A stretch of DNA of 63,450 nucleotides, filler included, from Octopus bimaculoides (Eukaryota), in NCBI RefSeq assembly GCF_001194135.2. It is 6 parts of 6 records of this genome, joined end to end, with 100 filler letters (N's around TTAATTAATTAA, not from the genome) between each part and the next. Parts side by side here need not be neighbours in the genome. Positions count along the whole stretch, not along the records: positions 38,602 to 50,993 come from NC_068996.1; positions 51,094 to 57,748 come from NC_069001.1; positions 57,849 to 63,450 come from NC_068982.1; 3 more parts are not named here. One strand, 5' to 3'. Shown piece by piece: positions 50,814-63,450 of the stretch (position 1 is its first letter; each line of letters starts with the position of its first letter). A program made the position numbers and the translations under genes. The notes beneath the pieces were generated by a model, which was not told where the DNA came from, did no database searches, and worked only from the letters and a program-made list of their open reading frames with translations.

Positions 50814-51599
50814 TAGTGCAGCCAGTAAGATGTTAACCTAGTACAACCTGTCATATGGTCAGGGCATTGGCAACTAAACCAGCAATCTTATCAAGCTTGC
50901 TTGGTAAGGAGGGGGGGGTAGTTGGATATTCTGCCAAGTGAAAAAAAGAACCTGTCAATGGGTTGATGATCTCGGGAGAGTTAATGGCCATCANNNNNNN
51001 NNNNNNNNNNNNNNNNNNNNNNNNNNNNNNNNNNNNNTTAATTAATTAANNNNNNNNNNNNNNNNNNNNNNNNNNNNNNNNNNNNNNNNNNNNACAACAA
51101 CAACAACAGACCCACTGACTCCGTCTCTAAACTGTGAATGACTAAGTGGGAAAAAAATAAAAGAAAAAGAAAAAGAAAACGTCCGTCAGGTGGTGTTATT
51201 GTTGCACAGAAACTGTTGCTAGTGATTGGTTGATAGTCGTTTAGGTCATTGACTGCTGACTGACCTGCTGACCGTTAGCCAATTATACACACTGGACTAG
51301 ACTGTCTTATCACGTGCGCGCATATATATATTTAAATGTGTATATTTATATATGTATGGTACAGAGAGAAATGAGACGATCCTATCTCTCTTGTAACATA
51401 ACGGATATTTCTAATTTCTCTCTCTCTCTCTCTACACTCCCCCCTTACTGAATCTGTCGCTTCTCTCTGTCAATCTCTCTCACTATCTCTCAGTGTCTCT
51501 CATTCTCCCTCTCTGTATGTCAGTCTCTCTATCACTTTTAGCTCTCTCTCTTTCTCTCTCTCTCTCTCTCTTTTGGTCTCTCCCAGGCTCTCAGTGTAT

Positions 51600-51970
51600 A
51601 TGATGCTTATGTGATATTTGTGTGTGGTGTCTAACATATATTGTGTTAATGTGTGTGTGTATGTCCGTATGGTAAGTATATCTTGTATGTGTGTGTGTGG
51701 TATTTGTGTATGTGTGTGGTGTGTATGTGCGTATGTATGTGTTTGTTGTGTGTGTGTTTGTGGCGTGTGTGGTATGTGTATGTGTGCGTGTGTTTTGTAT
51801 ATGTATGTGTGTGTATGTCTGTGTTGTGTGTATATATGTGTTTGTATGTATATGTGTGTGTATATATTTGTGTTTGTATGCATGTGTGTGTATATATGTG
51901 TTTGTATGTATGTGTGTGCATATATGTGTGTGTGTATATATTTGTGTGTTTGTATGTATGTGTGTGTCTG
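51600..51970. repeat. Cryptic (TG/TA)-rich tract
   Basis: Directly visible degenerate dinucleotide repeat. Confidence 0.9.
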
Positions 51971-53754
51971 GTGTACTTACTTCCATATGCCTATTTACAA
52001 TAAATATATGGATTGCGGTGTGAATAAATATATGCACGGCTCGATGCTGAAGAAATTCGCTTTGGAACAATGTAGCCCAGGTTCTATACCACTGTGGGGG
52101 TACCTAGGTATCAGTTCGCTCAATGAGGTACATGAAAGTGGAATTTTATATACAAAAGCTATATGAAGAAGCCTGAATGACATATGTATAAACACACACA
52201 CACACACACGCATATATATATATATATATGTATATATANNNNNNNNNNNNNNNNNNNNNNNNNNNNNNNNNNNNNNNNNNNNNNNNNNNNNNNNNNNNNN
52301 NNNNNNNNNNNNNNNNNNNNNNNNNNNNNNNNNNNNNNNNNNNNNNNNNNNNNNNNNNNNNNNNNNNNNNNNNNNNNNNNNNNNNNNNNNNNNNNNNNNN
52401 NNNNNNNNNNNNNNNNNNNNNNNNNNNNNNNNNNNNNNNNNNNNNNNNNNNNNNNNNNNNNNNNNNNNNNNNNNNNNNNNNNNNNNNNNNNNNNNNNNNN
52501 NNNNNNNNNNNNNNNNNNNNNNNNNNNNNNNNNNNNNNNNNNNNNNNNNNNNNNNNNNNNNNNNNNNNNNNNNNNNNNNNNNNNNNNNNNNNNNNNNNNN
52601 NNNNNNNNNNNNNNNNNNNNNNNNNNNNNNNNNNNNNNNNNNNNNNNNNNNNNNNNNNNNNNNNNNNNNNNNNNNNNNNNNNNNNNNNNNNNNNNNNNNN
52701 NNNNNNNNNNNNNNNNNNNNNNNNNNNNNNNNNNNNNNNNNNNNNNNNNNNNNNNNNNNNNNNNNNNNNNNNNNNNNNNNNNNNNNNNNNNNNNNNNNNN
52801 NNNNNNNNNNNNNNNNNNNNNNNNNNNNNNNNNNNNNNNNNNNNNNNNNNNNNNNNNNNNNNNNNNNNNNNNNNNNNNNNNNNNNNNNNNNNNNNNNNNN
52901 NNNNNNNNNNNNNNNNNNNNNNNNNNNNNNNNNNNNNNNNNNNNNNNNNNNNNNNNNNNNNNNNNNNNACACACACACACACATATATATATACAGATGA
53001 ATAGATAAATACATAGATAGATAACGCAATATGCGTGTGTGATCTTTCCAGCTTTGAAGAACCTTAGCTGTGTTTGTATATATATACCGTCTTTATCATT
53101 GATGATTCCGTATGTTTTTCTGCTCTTTCTTTCCATTTTACCGGCTGACATGAAAAGATTCTAGCTTATTGTTCTGTAAGTCGGCTTCGAGCATTTCCAT
53201 TTTGTCTTGTATTTTCACCGTTGTTTTCTTTGCTTTGTACCATTTGTTTGCATCGTTCGACTTCGACAATACCGTCTGGCTTGGATAGCAATTCTGTTCA
53301 CACACACACAGACACGCAGACACAACACTCTCTTTCTCTCTCTCTCACACACACGTCTAATGTGTACTGTTTATATTTATAATTAAACAGTCAAAGATTC
53401 ACTCACATTTTGTGAGGTCGCCTTTCTTTCTACGCCTCGTCGAATGTCCGCGGACAACTTGCCTATCAAGCTTAAGTTTTCGTTAAACACAGACAGACAG
53501 ACAGATAGATAAAATGATAGATAGACAGATGGATAATTTCAGGAGCAGGCTATTCCGATGATCGAATCAAATGGAACACTTGCCGTCTTAACCGACGGAG
53601 TGCCAGTAACCAAGATACCATTTTTTTTCTCTAATTACCAAATGCTGACAGTGGAGAGGAGAGGTTTAGCAATATCAGTCCTTCCATAGTATTCAATTTT
53701 ATGGAACTCAAGACGAACGAATAGACGAACGAATAGACAAATGAGTTCAACAAA

Positions 53755-53890
53755 CGACACCTGACGAAGGATTGAGCGTACAACAACCAAAATGTAGCGA
53801 AAGCTACATTGGGGGTGAGGACACCAGTTCGTCTCATATAAACAGTCTACATAATAATAAGTTCCTCATCTCACAAATATAGAATTGTAA
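53755..53890 (+). mobile_element. Decayed copy of the hammerhead-bearing repeat seen at 2434-2525
   Basis: GACAC-CTGACGA-A-GGATTG...CAACC-AAAAT-GTA, then TGAGGAC...CGTC as in the 2434 copy; GAAAC has mutated to AAAAT. Confidence 0.45.
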
Positions 53891-54188
53891 TTCAGCAGTT
53901 TTAGTGAGTGAAACTCCAGCGATCCGTGCTCTAACGATTTGTCCGCTTTGAGAATCTGATAGGTCATGCATTTTAACTTATTTATATATAAATATCTTCC
54001 ATAGTGAAAGAAAAGAAAAGGAAGGAAAAAAAAACAGAAGGTTCTATCATGAAGTACAAGACATACATAATGCATATGAACACACACATATATATATAGA
54101 CGGGAACAATTTGTATTTGTTATATTGCCAACAGAAAAATAAGATAAAATGAATAAAAAGTGGTGTTTCCGTTATTTTGTCCAACCTT

Positions 54189-54225
<37 letters not shown>

Positions 54226-56159
54226 GTGTGTGTGTATAAATATTTATATATGCGTGTGTGTGTATGTATATATAAATATACTTATATATATATGTATATA
54301 TATATATATATGTATATACATACATATATACATAAATATATNNNNNNNNNNNNNNNNNNNNNNNNNNNNNNNNNNNNNNNNNNNNNNNNNNNNNNNNNNN
54401 NNNNNNNNNNNNNNNNNNNNNNNNNNNNNNNNNNNNNNNNNNNNNNNNNNNNNNNNNNNNNNNNNNNNNNNNNNNNNNNNNNNNNNNNNNNNNNNNNNNN
54501 NNNNNNNNNNNNNNNNNNNNNNNNNNNNNNNNNNNNNNNNNNNNNNNNNNNNNNNNNNNNNNNNNNNNNNNNNNNNNNNNNNNNNNNNNNNNNNNNNNNN
54601 NNNNNNNNNNNNNNNNNNNNNNNNNNNNNNNNNNNNNNNNNNNNNNNNNNNNNNNNNNNNNNNNNNNNNNNNNNNNNNNNNNNNNNNNNNNNNNNNNNNN
54701 NNNNNNNNNNNNNNNNNNNNNNNNNNNNNNNNNNNNNNNNNNNNNNNNNNNNNNNNNNNNNNNNNNNNNNNNNNNNNNNNNNNNNNNNNNNNNNNNNNNN
54801 NNNNNNNNNNNNNNNNNNNNNNNNNNNNNNNNNNNNNNNNNNNNNNNNNNNNNNNNNNNNNNNNNNNNNNNNNNNNNNNNNNNNNNNNNNNNNNNNNNNN
54901 NNNNNNNNNNNNNNNNNNNNNNNNNNNNNNNNNNNNNNNNNNNNNNNNNNNNNNNNNNNNNNNNNNNNNNNNNNNNNNNNNNNNNNNNNNNNNNNNNNNN
55001 NNNNNNNNNNNNNNNNNNNNNNNNNNNNNNNNNNNNNNNNNNNNNNNNNNNNNNNNNNNNNNNNNNNNNNNNNNNNNNNNNNNNNNNNNNNNNNNNNNNN
55101 NNNNNNNNNNNNNNNNNNNNNNNNNNNNNNNNNNNNNNNNNNNNNNNNNNNNNNNNNNNNNNNNNNNNNNNNNNNNNNNNNNNAAATAATTTAGTCAAAA
55201 GCGACTGAGGATCATCGATTACAATTTTCAGGGACACCGTGAATGGTGGCAGTAAGAGAGTAAGGAAGTAGCTCCCTGGTCTGACTATTTGCAGCAAAAA
55301 TGGGCTCTGTTAACCCTTTGCCCTGCCCAAAGCATTTTCATAAGTTTGCCCTAGACATCCATGCTTTTAGTTAGCCTATGTTTCATATATTCTAAGTAAT
55401 ATAAAGCTTTTTCTTCGTAAGTCCGAAGTTACTCCAGTGATTGTAAATAATTATGAACGTGTATCAATTGTGATGCATAGATGCCAAAGAAATATGTCCT
55501 GTATATCAACACATGTGAATTAGAGGACAGGCAAACGTCGAACGAGTTTGTATAAGAAAACAAGGTTTACTCTGACTTTGTCTCTCACTGATGAGATGAA
55601 AGGTGAAGTCTACTTTGGCAGAATTTCCACCCAGAACGTAAAAAGCCGAAAGAAATGTCACTAAGCGTTCTGTCCGGCTCACGAAAGATTCTACTCCCTC
55701 GCTGCCACAGTTAAGAGATTAACAAAAGAATATTAATTCTAAATCTTAAGTCCTTTCTTCTCGAAATCCTCCAGCGGTGACCATTTCGTCTTCATTTTTT
55801 TAAAGACAGAGTATACCTAAGAGTACATCATAAAATGTAGTCCTTTCATTTTAAAGACAGTAGCGTACGATATGAGGAAGCTTTGATTGCCATTTTTAAC
55901 AAGTTAATATATGTCCCTGCAGTGGGGAAAAAAGAGGAAATATCGGTGAAAAGTCTTCCATATTTGATTCTCAGGCCACGATGACATCAAAGTCTTTATT
56001 ACTTTTTGTTTCTGTAAAGAAAACAAAACAAAACAAATAACAATAATTTTTTTTTCAGAAATATCCAAGTGTGAACAACTGATAATTCGCCATAATTACC
56101 GAATTGTGCTAACTGCGCATGTCTGGATATAGTCCTGCATACATTATATCTAGATAACA

Positions 56160-57500
56160 TCAACAAAATGGCTAAAACATCTCCTCTGTCATCTTCGCCA
56201 CCGTCGGCACCACTGCTGCCGACAATAACAACTACTACAACAACAACAACAACAATACTACCACCACCATTAACACTACTGCCACCACCACCGCCAGTAA
56301 CAATAACAACACTGCTGTGAAACTACTGCTTCTACCTCCACCACCCCCGACATCATTGCCATCTCCTCCACCAACACGAAACAACACCAAAAAGAACAAA
56401 AAGAACGTGAAAACAACGAAAGAAAATATTAAACAAGAAAAAAAAAGCAGTAAAAATAATACAAAAAACGAAAGTGAAAGCAGAAGCAACGGGTTGTTGG
56501 GCTTTTCGTTGAGTTGTTATTGTATTTTTATTGTTGTATTATTGTTGTTGTTAGCTGTGTTTTTGTTAGTTGTGTTGTTTGTTGTTAGTTGTCTTGTTTG
56601 TTGTTAGCTGCGTTTTTTGTTTGTTTGTTGTTTTGTTTGTTGTTTGTTGTTAGCTGTGTTTTGTTGTTTGTTGCTAGTTGTGTTGTTGGTTGTGTTGTTG
56701 TTTTTGCTGTTAGATATGTGTTGCTGTTTTGTCGTTAGTTGTGTTGCGACAGCTAGTTGTGTTGTTGCTGCTGTTCGTTGTGTCGTCGTTGTTGCTGTCG
56801 TTAGCTGTATTGTTATTGTTGTTTTTAGTTTTGTTCTTGTTGTTTGTTACCTTTTGCATGTGTTCTGTGTTATCAACTCGTTCATAGATTGTGTAAGTTG
56901 CATCGGACCGTCAACTTCCGTGAAATATTGTTTTACGACAACATGACTGAAAAAAAACAAAACAATAANNNNNNNNNNNNNNNNNNNNNNNNNNNNNNNN
57001 NNNNNNNNNNNNNNNNNNNNNNNNNNNNNNNNNNNNNNNNNNNNNNNNNNNNNNNNNNNNNNNNNNNNNNNNNNNNNNNNNNNNNNNNNNNNNNNNNNNN
57101 NNNNNNNNNNNNNNNNNNNNNNNNNNNNNNNNNCGCCACGATTGTGACGTTGTCACTGTACCACCAGTACTGTGCCGCCAGTACTGTGCCACCACCACTG
57201 CGCCCTCAACCACTGCTCCACCACCACTACCGCCATTACAATACCCATCACCTCCACCCCCACAGCCACAACCATCACCATCACCACCAGCAGCTGTAGC
57301 AACAACAACAACACCGTCGACCACAAATATCGCAACCAGCATCACCAACACCACCACCATCACTGCCACTGTCACATAACCAACACCATTACTACTACCA
57401 CTTCTACCACCTTCAATACCACCAACAACAACACCACTAACAACCACAACCAGCAATAACACAACTACAGCCTCTACCACCACCACCACCACCACCATAC
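56160..57500. repeat. Trinucleotide low-complexity tracts (CAA/CAC-rich, then TTG/GTT-rich, then CAC-rich after a gap)
   Basis: Directly visible. Confidence 0.9.
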
Positions 57501-57697
57501 GTACATACACACATGTACATACATACATACATACATACATGCTTATACACATACGTATATATATACATTCATATATACAAAAATACATACATATATATGC
57601 GCACACATACATATGTACGTACATACATACGTACGTACATACATACACATATGCATATACATACATACACACATGCAAGAACATACATACATGCACG

Positions 57698-57732
<35 letters not shown>

Positions 57733-57848
57733 TATTACTATTATTATTNNNNNNNNNNNNNNNNNNNNNNNNNNNNNNNNNNNNNNNNNNNNTTAATTAA
57801 TTAANNNNNNNNNNNNNNNNNNNNNNNNNNNNNNNNNNNNNNNNNNNN

Positions 57849-57880
<32 letters not shown>

Positions 57881-57882
<2 letters not shown>

Positions 57883-58141
57883 CGATGTCCACTAAAGTGG
57901 ACATTTACTGTGCTAGAAATAGACCACATTTTGTGTCTACTAAGACCTAATTGTTCTCAAAAGTGTGTTGATTTCGAAACCGGTTCGTGGATAATAATGT
58001 TTTATTTCTGTAATTTTCACTGTCTTGCCCGCATACATTTTGGTATTTCGCTGAATTTCTTTTGAGAACTATTAGGTCTTAGTAGACCCAGCATGTGGTC
58101 TATTTCTAGCACATTAAATGTCCACTTTGGTGGACATCATT
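57881..58141. mobile_element. Foldback/MITE with ~83-bp inverted arms and internal terminal palindromes
   Basis: 57881-57963 is the near reverse complement of 58059-58141; each arm contains the hairpin ATGTCCAC-N4-GTGGACAT. Confidence 0.75.
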
Positions 58142-58589
58142 AAATATATAAAGATATACTTTAATCCCCTAAGATTTCAGATATTTTTTTCTTAATCTCT
58201 CTGATTCTTTAAACGTGCTAGCTTCCTGGTAATAAATCGATATTAATTAAGATCTGATTTTTGTACCCTATGTTTTAATTATATATATATATATAGCTAT
58301 CAACCTATCTACGTACCTATCTTTCTATCTATATATCTCAATTGTCATGGAACATCACCCAAGAAAAATAAAACAATGTGCTCCTTTTCTAAACAGTTCC
58401 CAGCCCGCCAAAAAATCTGTTTATAAATGAACAAGCTGTTCGAGAAATGAACGAAAGCGATAATAACAATGAATAATAAATAATGAATAAATAATGTAAA
58501 TAATGTAAATAAATTATTTTTCCAATATTCTGGTGACCTTTTTATCTCAGTATTCAATATCTGTACACCATACCTAACACTCTATACAT

Positions 58590-58931
58590 ACGCTGCGTGG
58601 AACCTTGGGCAAGTGTATTCTACAATAGCCTCGCGCCGACCAAAGGCTTGTTAGTGGATTTGGCATACGGAAACTGAAAGAATCCCGTCGCATATATATG
58701 TGTGCCTGAGAGTGTGTGCGCTTGTGCGTCTGTGTTTGCCCTCCACCCCCAGCATCACTTGACAACAGATGCTAGTGTGTTTCCGTCCCCGTGTCTTAGC
58801 GGTTCGGAAAAATAGGCCGATAGAATATGTATTAGGCTTACAAACAATAAGTCCTGGGGTCGATTTGCTCGACTAAAGGCGGTGTCCCAGCATGGTCGCT
58901 GACAAATGACTGAAACAAGTAAAAGAGTAAA
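58590..58931 (+). mobile_element. SINE family A, 5'-truncated
   Basis: CCTTGGGCAAGTG segment through the GACTGAAACAAGTAAAAGAG tail. Confidence 0.8.
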
Positions 58932-59001
58932 ATAATTATATATATATATATATATAAATATGCGCACATGCATACATATATACGTATATATTCCCATTTA
59001 T

Positions 59002-59053
<52 letters not shown>

Positions 59054-62000
59054 NNNNNNNNNNNNNNNNNNNNNNNNNNNNNNNNNNNNNNNNNNNNNNN
59101 NNNNNNNNNNNNNNNNNNNNNNNNNNNNNNNNNNNNNNNNNNNNNNNNNNNNNNNNNNNNNNNNNNNNNNNNNNNNNNNNNNNNNNNNNNNNNNNNNNNN
59201 NNNNNNNNNNNNNNNNNNNNNNNNNNNNNNNNNNNNNNNNNNNNNNNNNNNNNNNNNNNNNNNNNNNNNNNNNNNNNNNNNNNNNNNNNNNNNNNNNNNN
59301 NNNNNNNNNNNNNNNNNNNNNNNNNNNNNNNNNNNNNNNNNNNNNNNNNNNNNNNNNNNNNNNNNNNNNNNNNNNNNNNNNNNNNNNNNNNNNNNNNNNN
59401 NNNNNNNNNNNNNNNNNNNNNNNNNNNNNNNNNNNNNNNNNNNNNNNNNNNNNNNNNNNNNNNNNNNNNNNNNNNNNNNNNNNNNNNNNNNNNNNNNNNN
59501 NNNNNNNNNNNNNNNNNNNNNNNNNNNNNNNNNNNNNNNNNNNNNNNNNNNNNNNNNNNNNNNNNNNNNNNNNNNNNNNNNNNNNNNNNNNNNNNNNNNN
59601 NNNNNNNNNNNNNNNNNNNNNNNNNNNNNNNNNNNNNNNNNNNNNNNNNNNNNNNNNNNNNNNNNNNNNNNNNNNNNNNNNNNNNNNNNNNNNNNNNNNN
59701 NNNNNNNNNNNNNNNNNNNNNNNNNNNNNNNNNNNNNNNNNNNNNNNNNNNNNNNNNNNNNNNNNNNNNNNNNNNNNNNNNNNNNNNNNNNNNNNNNNNN
59801 NNATATACACACACAAACATATATATATATATGTGTAAGTGCGTGTGCGTAGTGTTCTGTTCTGTGGTGGTAAAATGAGCAAAAAGAATATTCTGTTTGT
59901 TGAAAAATATGATTCAATATTTTTCTGGGCTACCAATGTCATGTCATTAAAAACAACTTGCAAAGCATTTTATAATACGTCCCGTGCTTTCATGCAATCC
60001 TGAGGTTCAGCCTGCATGGCATAGCAACGTAAGACAGTACGATAGAATGAGAGAAAATATGAGAAAACCTGAGAAGGAAGTAGACCTAAACGATTGAAGT
60101 TGGAAATACCGGTAAACGTAAAAGAAAATGAAAAAAAAACCCAAAAAAACAAAGAGGGGGTGAAATAGAATTAAATCCCCTTATGAAAAATGACGTTTAT
60201 AACCAGGAAAACTTAAATGATTGGCTTCTAATTTTCTCACTAACTTTAACTCCAAAATATTCCATTTGTCACAAATTTTGTCAGATTTATGCAATTCAGT
60301 GTTTAATTCTGAAATAGATCTAAAAAAACTCGTTTCATATAAATGATAATTAATTTTGGCAAATATTCTAAAATGATGTACTTCGACACATTCAAATATA
60401 TATAGGTATGTGTGTGTCTCTTTGTGTCTGTGTTTGCTCCCTACCGCCGCTGTTAGCAACCGGTTTTGGTGTATGTATGTCTCCATAAATTAGCACTTTG
60501 ACATAACAGATCGATAGATTAAGTAGCAGGATTAAATTACAAAATAATTACTGGGGCCGTTTCATAAAACCAAAACATTTTCTAAAGCACTGCCCCAGCA
60601 TGACACCAGTCTAATGATTGAAAGGATTAAAAGATATAACAGAAAAGATTAAATCTTATCCCTCGATTAACAACTGTTAAGCAGCACCATTAAATAACAA
60701 AATTTGCCACTGATTTTTTTTTTTTTTTTGCTTTATTATGTATTCATCAAAGAAGTATGACCTAAATCACAATTTCGTTTCGTTGTTGTTTTCTAAACAT
60801 TGTTCCGATCTGAATCTACATTTTCATCGCTATTTTTTTTTTTTTACATTTCTCAAGTTACTAGTATTTTTCAAGCAGTTTTAATTATTTTTTTAATGAC
60901 AACTTTATTTTCTGACTTAATGTGTCTAATTCTTATTCAACTTGCTACATTTTCTACGACAATTAAATAATCATTATCTAAAATTAAATTAAATCATTTT
61001 GCTTTAGGGTTTCACGGTTCTATCCCGTACTGTCTGTCTTTTTTTGTACTCCACCCCCACAAGCAAGGGAACACACATACCAACATGAATTTGGCTCCGG
61101 GTTTAGTCCCACAGCGTGACACCTTGGGCAAGTGTCGTCTACTATATCCTCGAGCTGACCAAAGTCTTGTGAGTGAATTTGGCAGATGAAAAGAACCTCG
61201 TCATATGTGTGTGTGAGTGTTTTTGCATCGACGTAACTTAGAGTTTCGCAAAAGAGGCTACTAGAATATCTACCAGGCTTGTAAAATAAGTACTGGGGGT
61301 CAATTCATTCGACTAAGCATTGAAGACATTGCACCAGGGCAGTGTCTAATGACTGAAAACTTCAAGGCGGTGTCTAATGACGAAAACATGTTAAAGACAA
61401 TATATACTGGTACACACACACGCACAACAGACTACTTAAAGTAATAATTCAGACGAGATACCAATGTAATCTATCTGCCCCAGTGTCATCGTGTAGCACA
61501 TTGTGTTAAACACGACAATTCATAATCATCGCATATAACGTTCGAATATATTGCTAAACGATGAGTGTAAGTTATTTGAAGGGTTGTCACCAAATTTAAA
61601 TATTCACTACAAATTCTAAAGATGAAAACCGGTTTTGGAGGCAATTGTTTTCTCTCTCATAAACCGAACCTCATGTGATTTGTCATTCATCTGAAATGTC
61701 ATTTCTTTTCATTGGCCGCGTGAAATAAACTATGACTGGCTAGATTACTGTGCTGTTCTCGTCCTATTGACTGGTAAACAGAAATTCCTACACAGGTTGT
61801 AAAAGAAAGAGATACTAGACAGGAGACAGGCATCCTATGAACAAATATGGATTAGAAGACAAAAAACGTTAAAGACGTGGAATTAATTATTATTTAGAGA
61901 TGTAGCCATCAGTGTAATTAGTGGTGTCTAATATAATGTCTTATAGAAAATGTTCCTCTAACATGTTTAAAATTGATGGCGTTTAAGTGACTCATACATT

Positions 62001-62110
62001 GATGCATCTTTTTTTTTCTCTTGTGTTCTTGGAATGTTTATTCTATATTTGCGATTGTAGTGGTAGTTATGGTAAACAATTAAACAATTTTCCTGTTAAT
62101 ATTTATGGTA

Positions 62111-62329
62111 ATTTTAAGGCGGCGAGCTGGCAGAGTTGTAAACACGCCAGGCAAAACACTTAGTAGCTTTTCGTTCGTCTTTACATTCTTAGTTCGAGTT
62201 CGGTCGAGGCCTACCTCGCCTATCATCCCTTCGGGTTTAATAAAATAAGTACCAGTTCAGCACTTGGATTGATGTAATTGACTTACCAACTTTCTCAAAA
62301 TTGCTGGCCTTGTACCAAAATTTGAAATA
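62111..62329 (+). mobile_element. Full-length SINE family C with target-site duplication
   Basis: 13-bp direct repeat AATATTTATGGTA at 62098-62110 and 62330-62342. Confidence 0.85.
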
Positions 62330-63266
62330 AATATTTATGGTACTATCCAAGTCAGCATTAGAAAGTAAAGAGGTGATTTCGGTTTTTCACAATAAGATTT
62401 ATGTTTGCGAAAATCGTCTTTCTCAACGTCTGTATATTCCCTAATACTTAAACTTTCACTTCATCTCTCAATGCATACAGTATAAAACATAGAGGAACCA
62501 GACCTGATGATTCAGTAGCATCTTAACTATCACCACAATCACTTAAATATTGCCTTCTGTTATTTTCACCTGAGGAAGAAATCACTACCAATATAAGGCA
62601 TGAATTAATTTATGGTTTTCATATTGATAACAGCTTGGAATAATTTGGTTTATATGTCAAAATATACTAAATCATGCAGTAAACGATATTTGGAAATATA
62701 TACTGTTCCAAAATAGTAAAAACCAATAAATCAACCATTGAATTTCTCCGATAAAATTCATCCAATTTCCTGTTTCACTATGTAGATATATTTGTATTAT
62801 TACCGCCAACAGACTATGTATTATATTCACAAAATTTCCTCACGTAATAGTTACGCATCCATCACCATACTATTCTTTGCTTGGTCTTTGTAAATGTTTA
62901 GTAGCTTACAATTTGCCACTCCGATTTATACTAATCGGGAACATTTAACGAAAGGAACGATTCATATAATTAAAGTCTTTAAATACAGTTTCTAATTGTA
63001 ACTTCAATGCTGAATAGGTTGTATATTCTTTTACTATTTTTCATAGCATTGAACTAGAATTTATATATGTTGTGATATTCAATAGCTCATTCTGTATATC
63101 AAATCGACATAGCCCGTACTGGTGCACTTCGTGCAACATATCAGATGAAGTGATCGCAGAGCAAAGCAAATGAAATATTTCGCTCAAGAATACAACACAA
63201 CACCCGGTACAGAAACCGAACTCACAATGGTGCGTTTTTTATAGAAACACATTAACGACACTGATA

Positions 63267-63340
<74 letters not shown>

Positions 63341-63450
63341 GGTGAGAAAGTTGGTATGTTAAAGCACGTGGTTGGATGTATAAAAGATAATAAGAGTGAA
63401 AAAACTACAGAAGGCTTGTGTTACATGGTTAAAGTATATATTTTAATTAT

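Noticed and set aside
50294-50993. Near-exact 158-bp direct duplication (50294-50451 and 50837-50993)
   Set aside because: Bounded by short N gaps and (TACA)n, differing only in a G-run length; most likely an assembly or haplotype artefact.
53138-53323. 61-aa Lys/Glu-rich minus-strand ORF as an exon
   Set aside because: Weak acceptor in a (TG)n context and no recognisable homology; cannot be supported without expression data.
56168-56320. ATG-initiated Pro/Thr-rich frame after a strong plus-strand acceptor near 56058
   Set aside because: About 50 codons of low-complexity repeat; indistinguishable from chance.
32283-59963. Long ORFs composed mostly of X
   Set aside because: They are open only because they run through N gaps.

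Overview
AT-rich, microsatellite-dense eukaryotic DNA with several kb of N gaps. The repeat families and gene structures suggest a coleoid cephalopod, most likely Octopus; this is inferred from the repeat landscape, not from a database search. Three genes are well supported, all on the minus strand: RNA polymerase II subunit RPB7/POLR2G (CDS 3344-3101 joined to 1310-1036, 172 aa), a canonical tRNA-Arg(UCG) (4919-4847) and BOLA3 (four coding exons, 18480-13063, 118 aa). The rest is mostly repeats: tRNA-headed SINEs, RTE-clade LINE fragments, two Penelope-like (PLE) GIY-YIG fragments, MITE/foldback elements and simple repeats. The main observations outside the gene annotation are: (1) hammerhead-ribozyme motifs from at least four sequence families, including one with an intact core and a branched stem II insertion (42886-42991) and a divergent inverted pair (9208-9410); (2) a 4-5-unit tandem array in the RTE LINE 3' UTR whose units fit a compact luteovirus-type H-pseudoknot; (3) SINE heads and tails recombined in different combinations; (4) an orphan TATA box plus 32-nt exon-like segment (MASKREE) 17 kb upstream of BOLA3. 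PLE-associated hammerheads are a known phenomenon, so novelty lies in the specific architectures and needs testing. Repeat boundaries are approximate (about +/-10 nt); exon and ribozyme coordinates were counted base by base.
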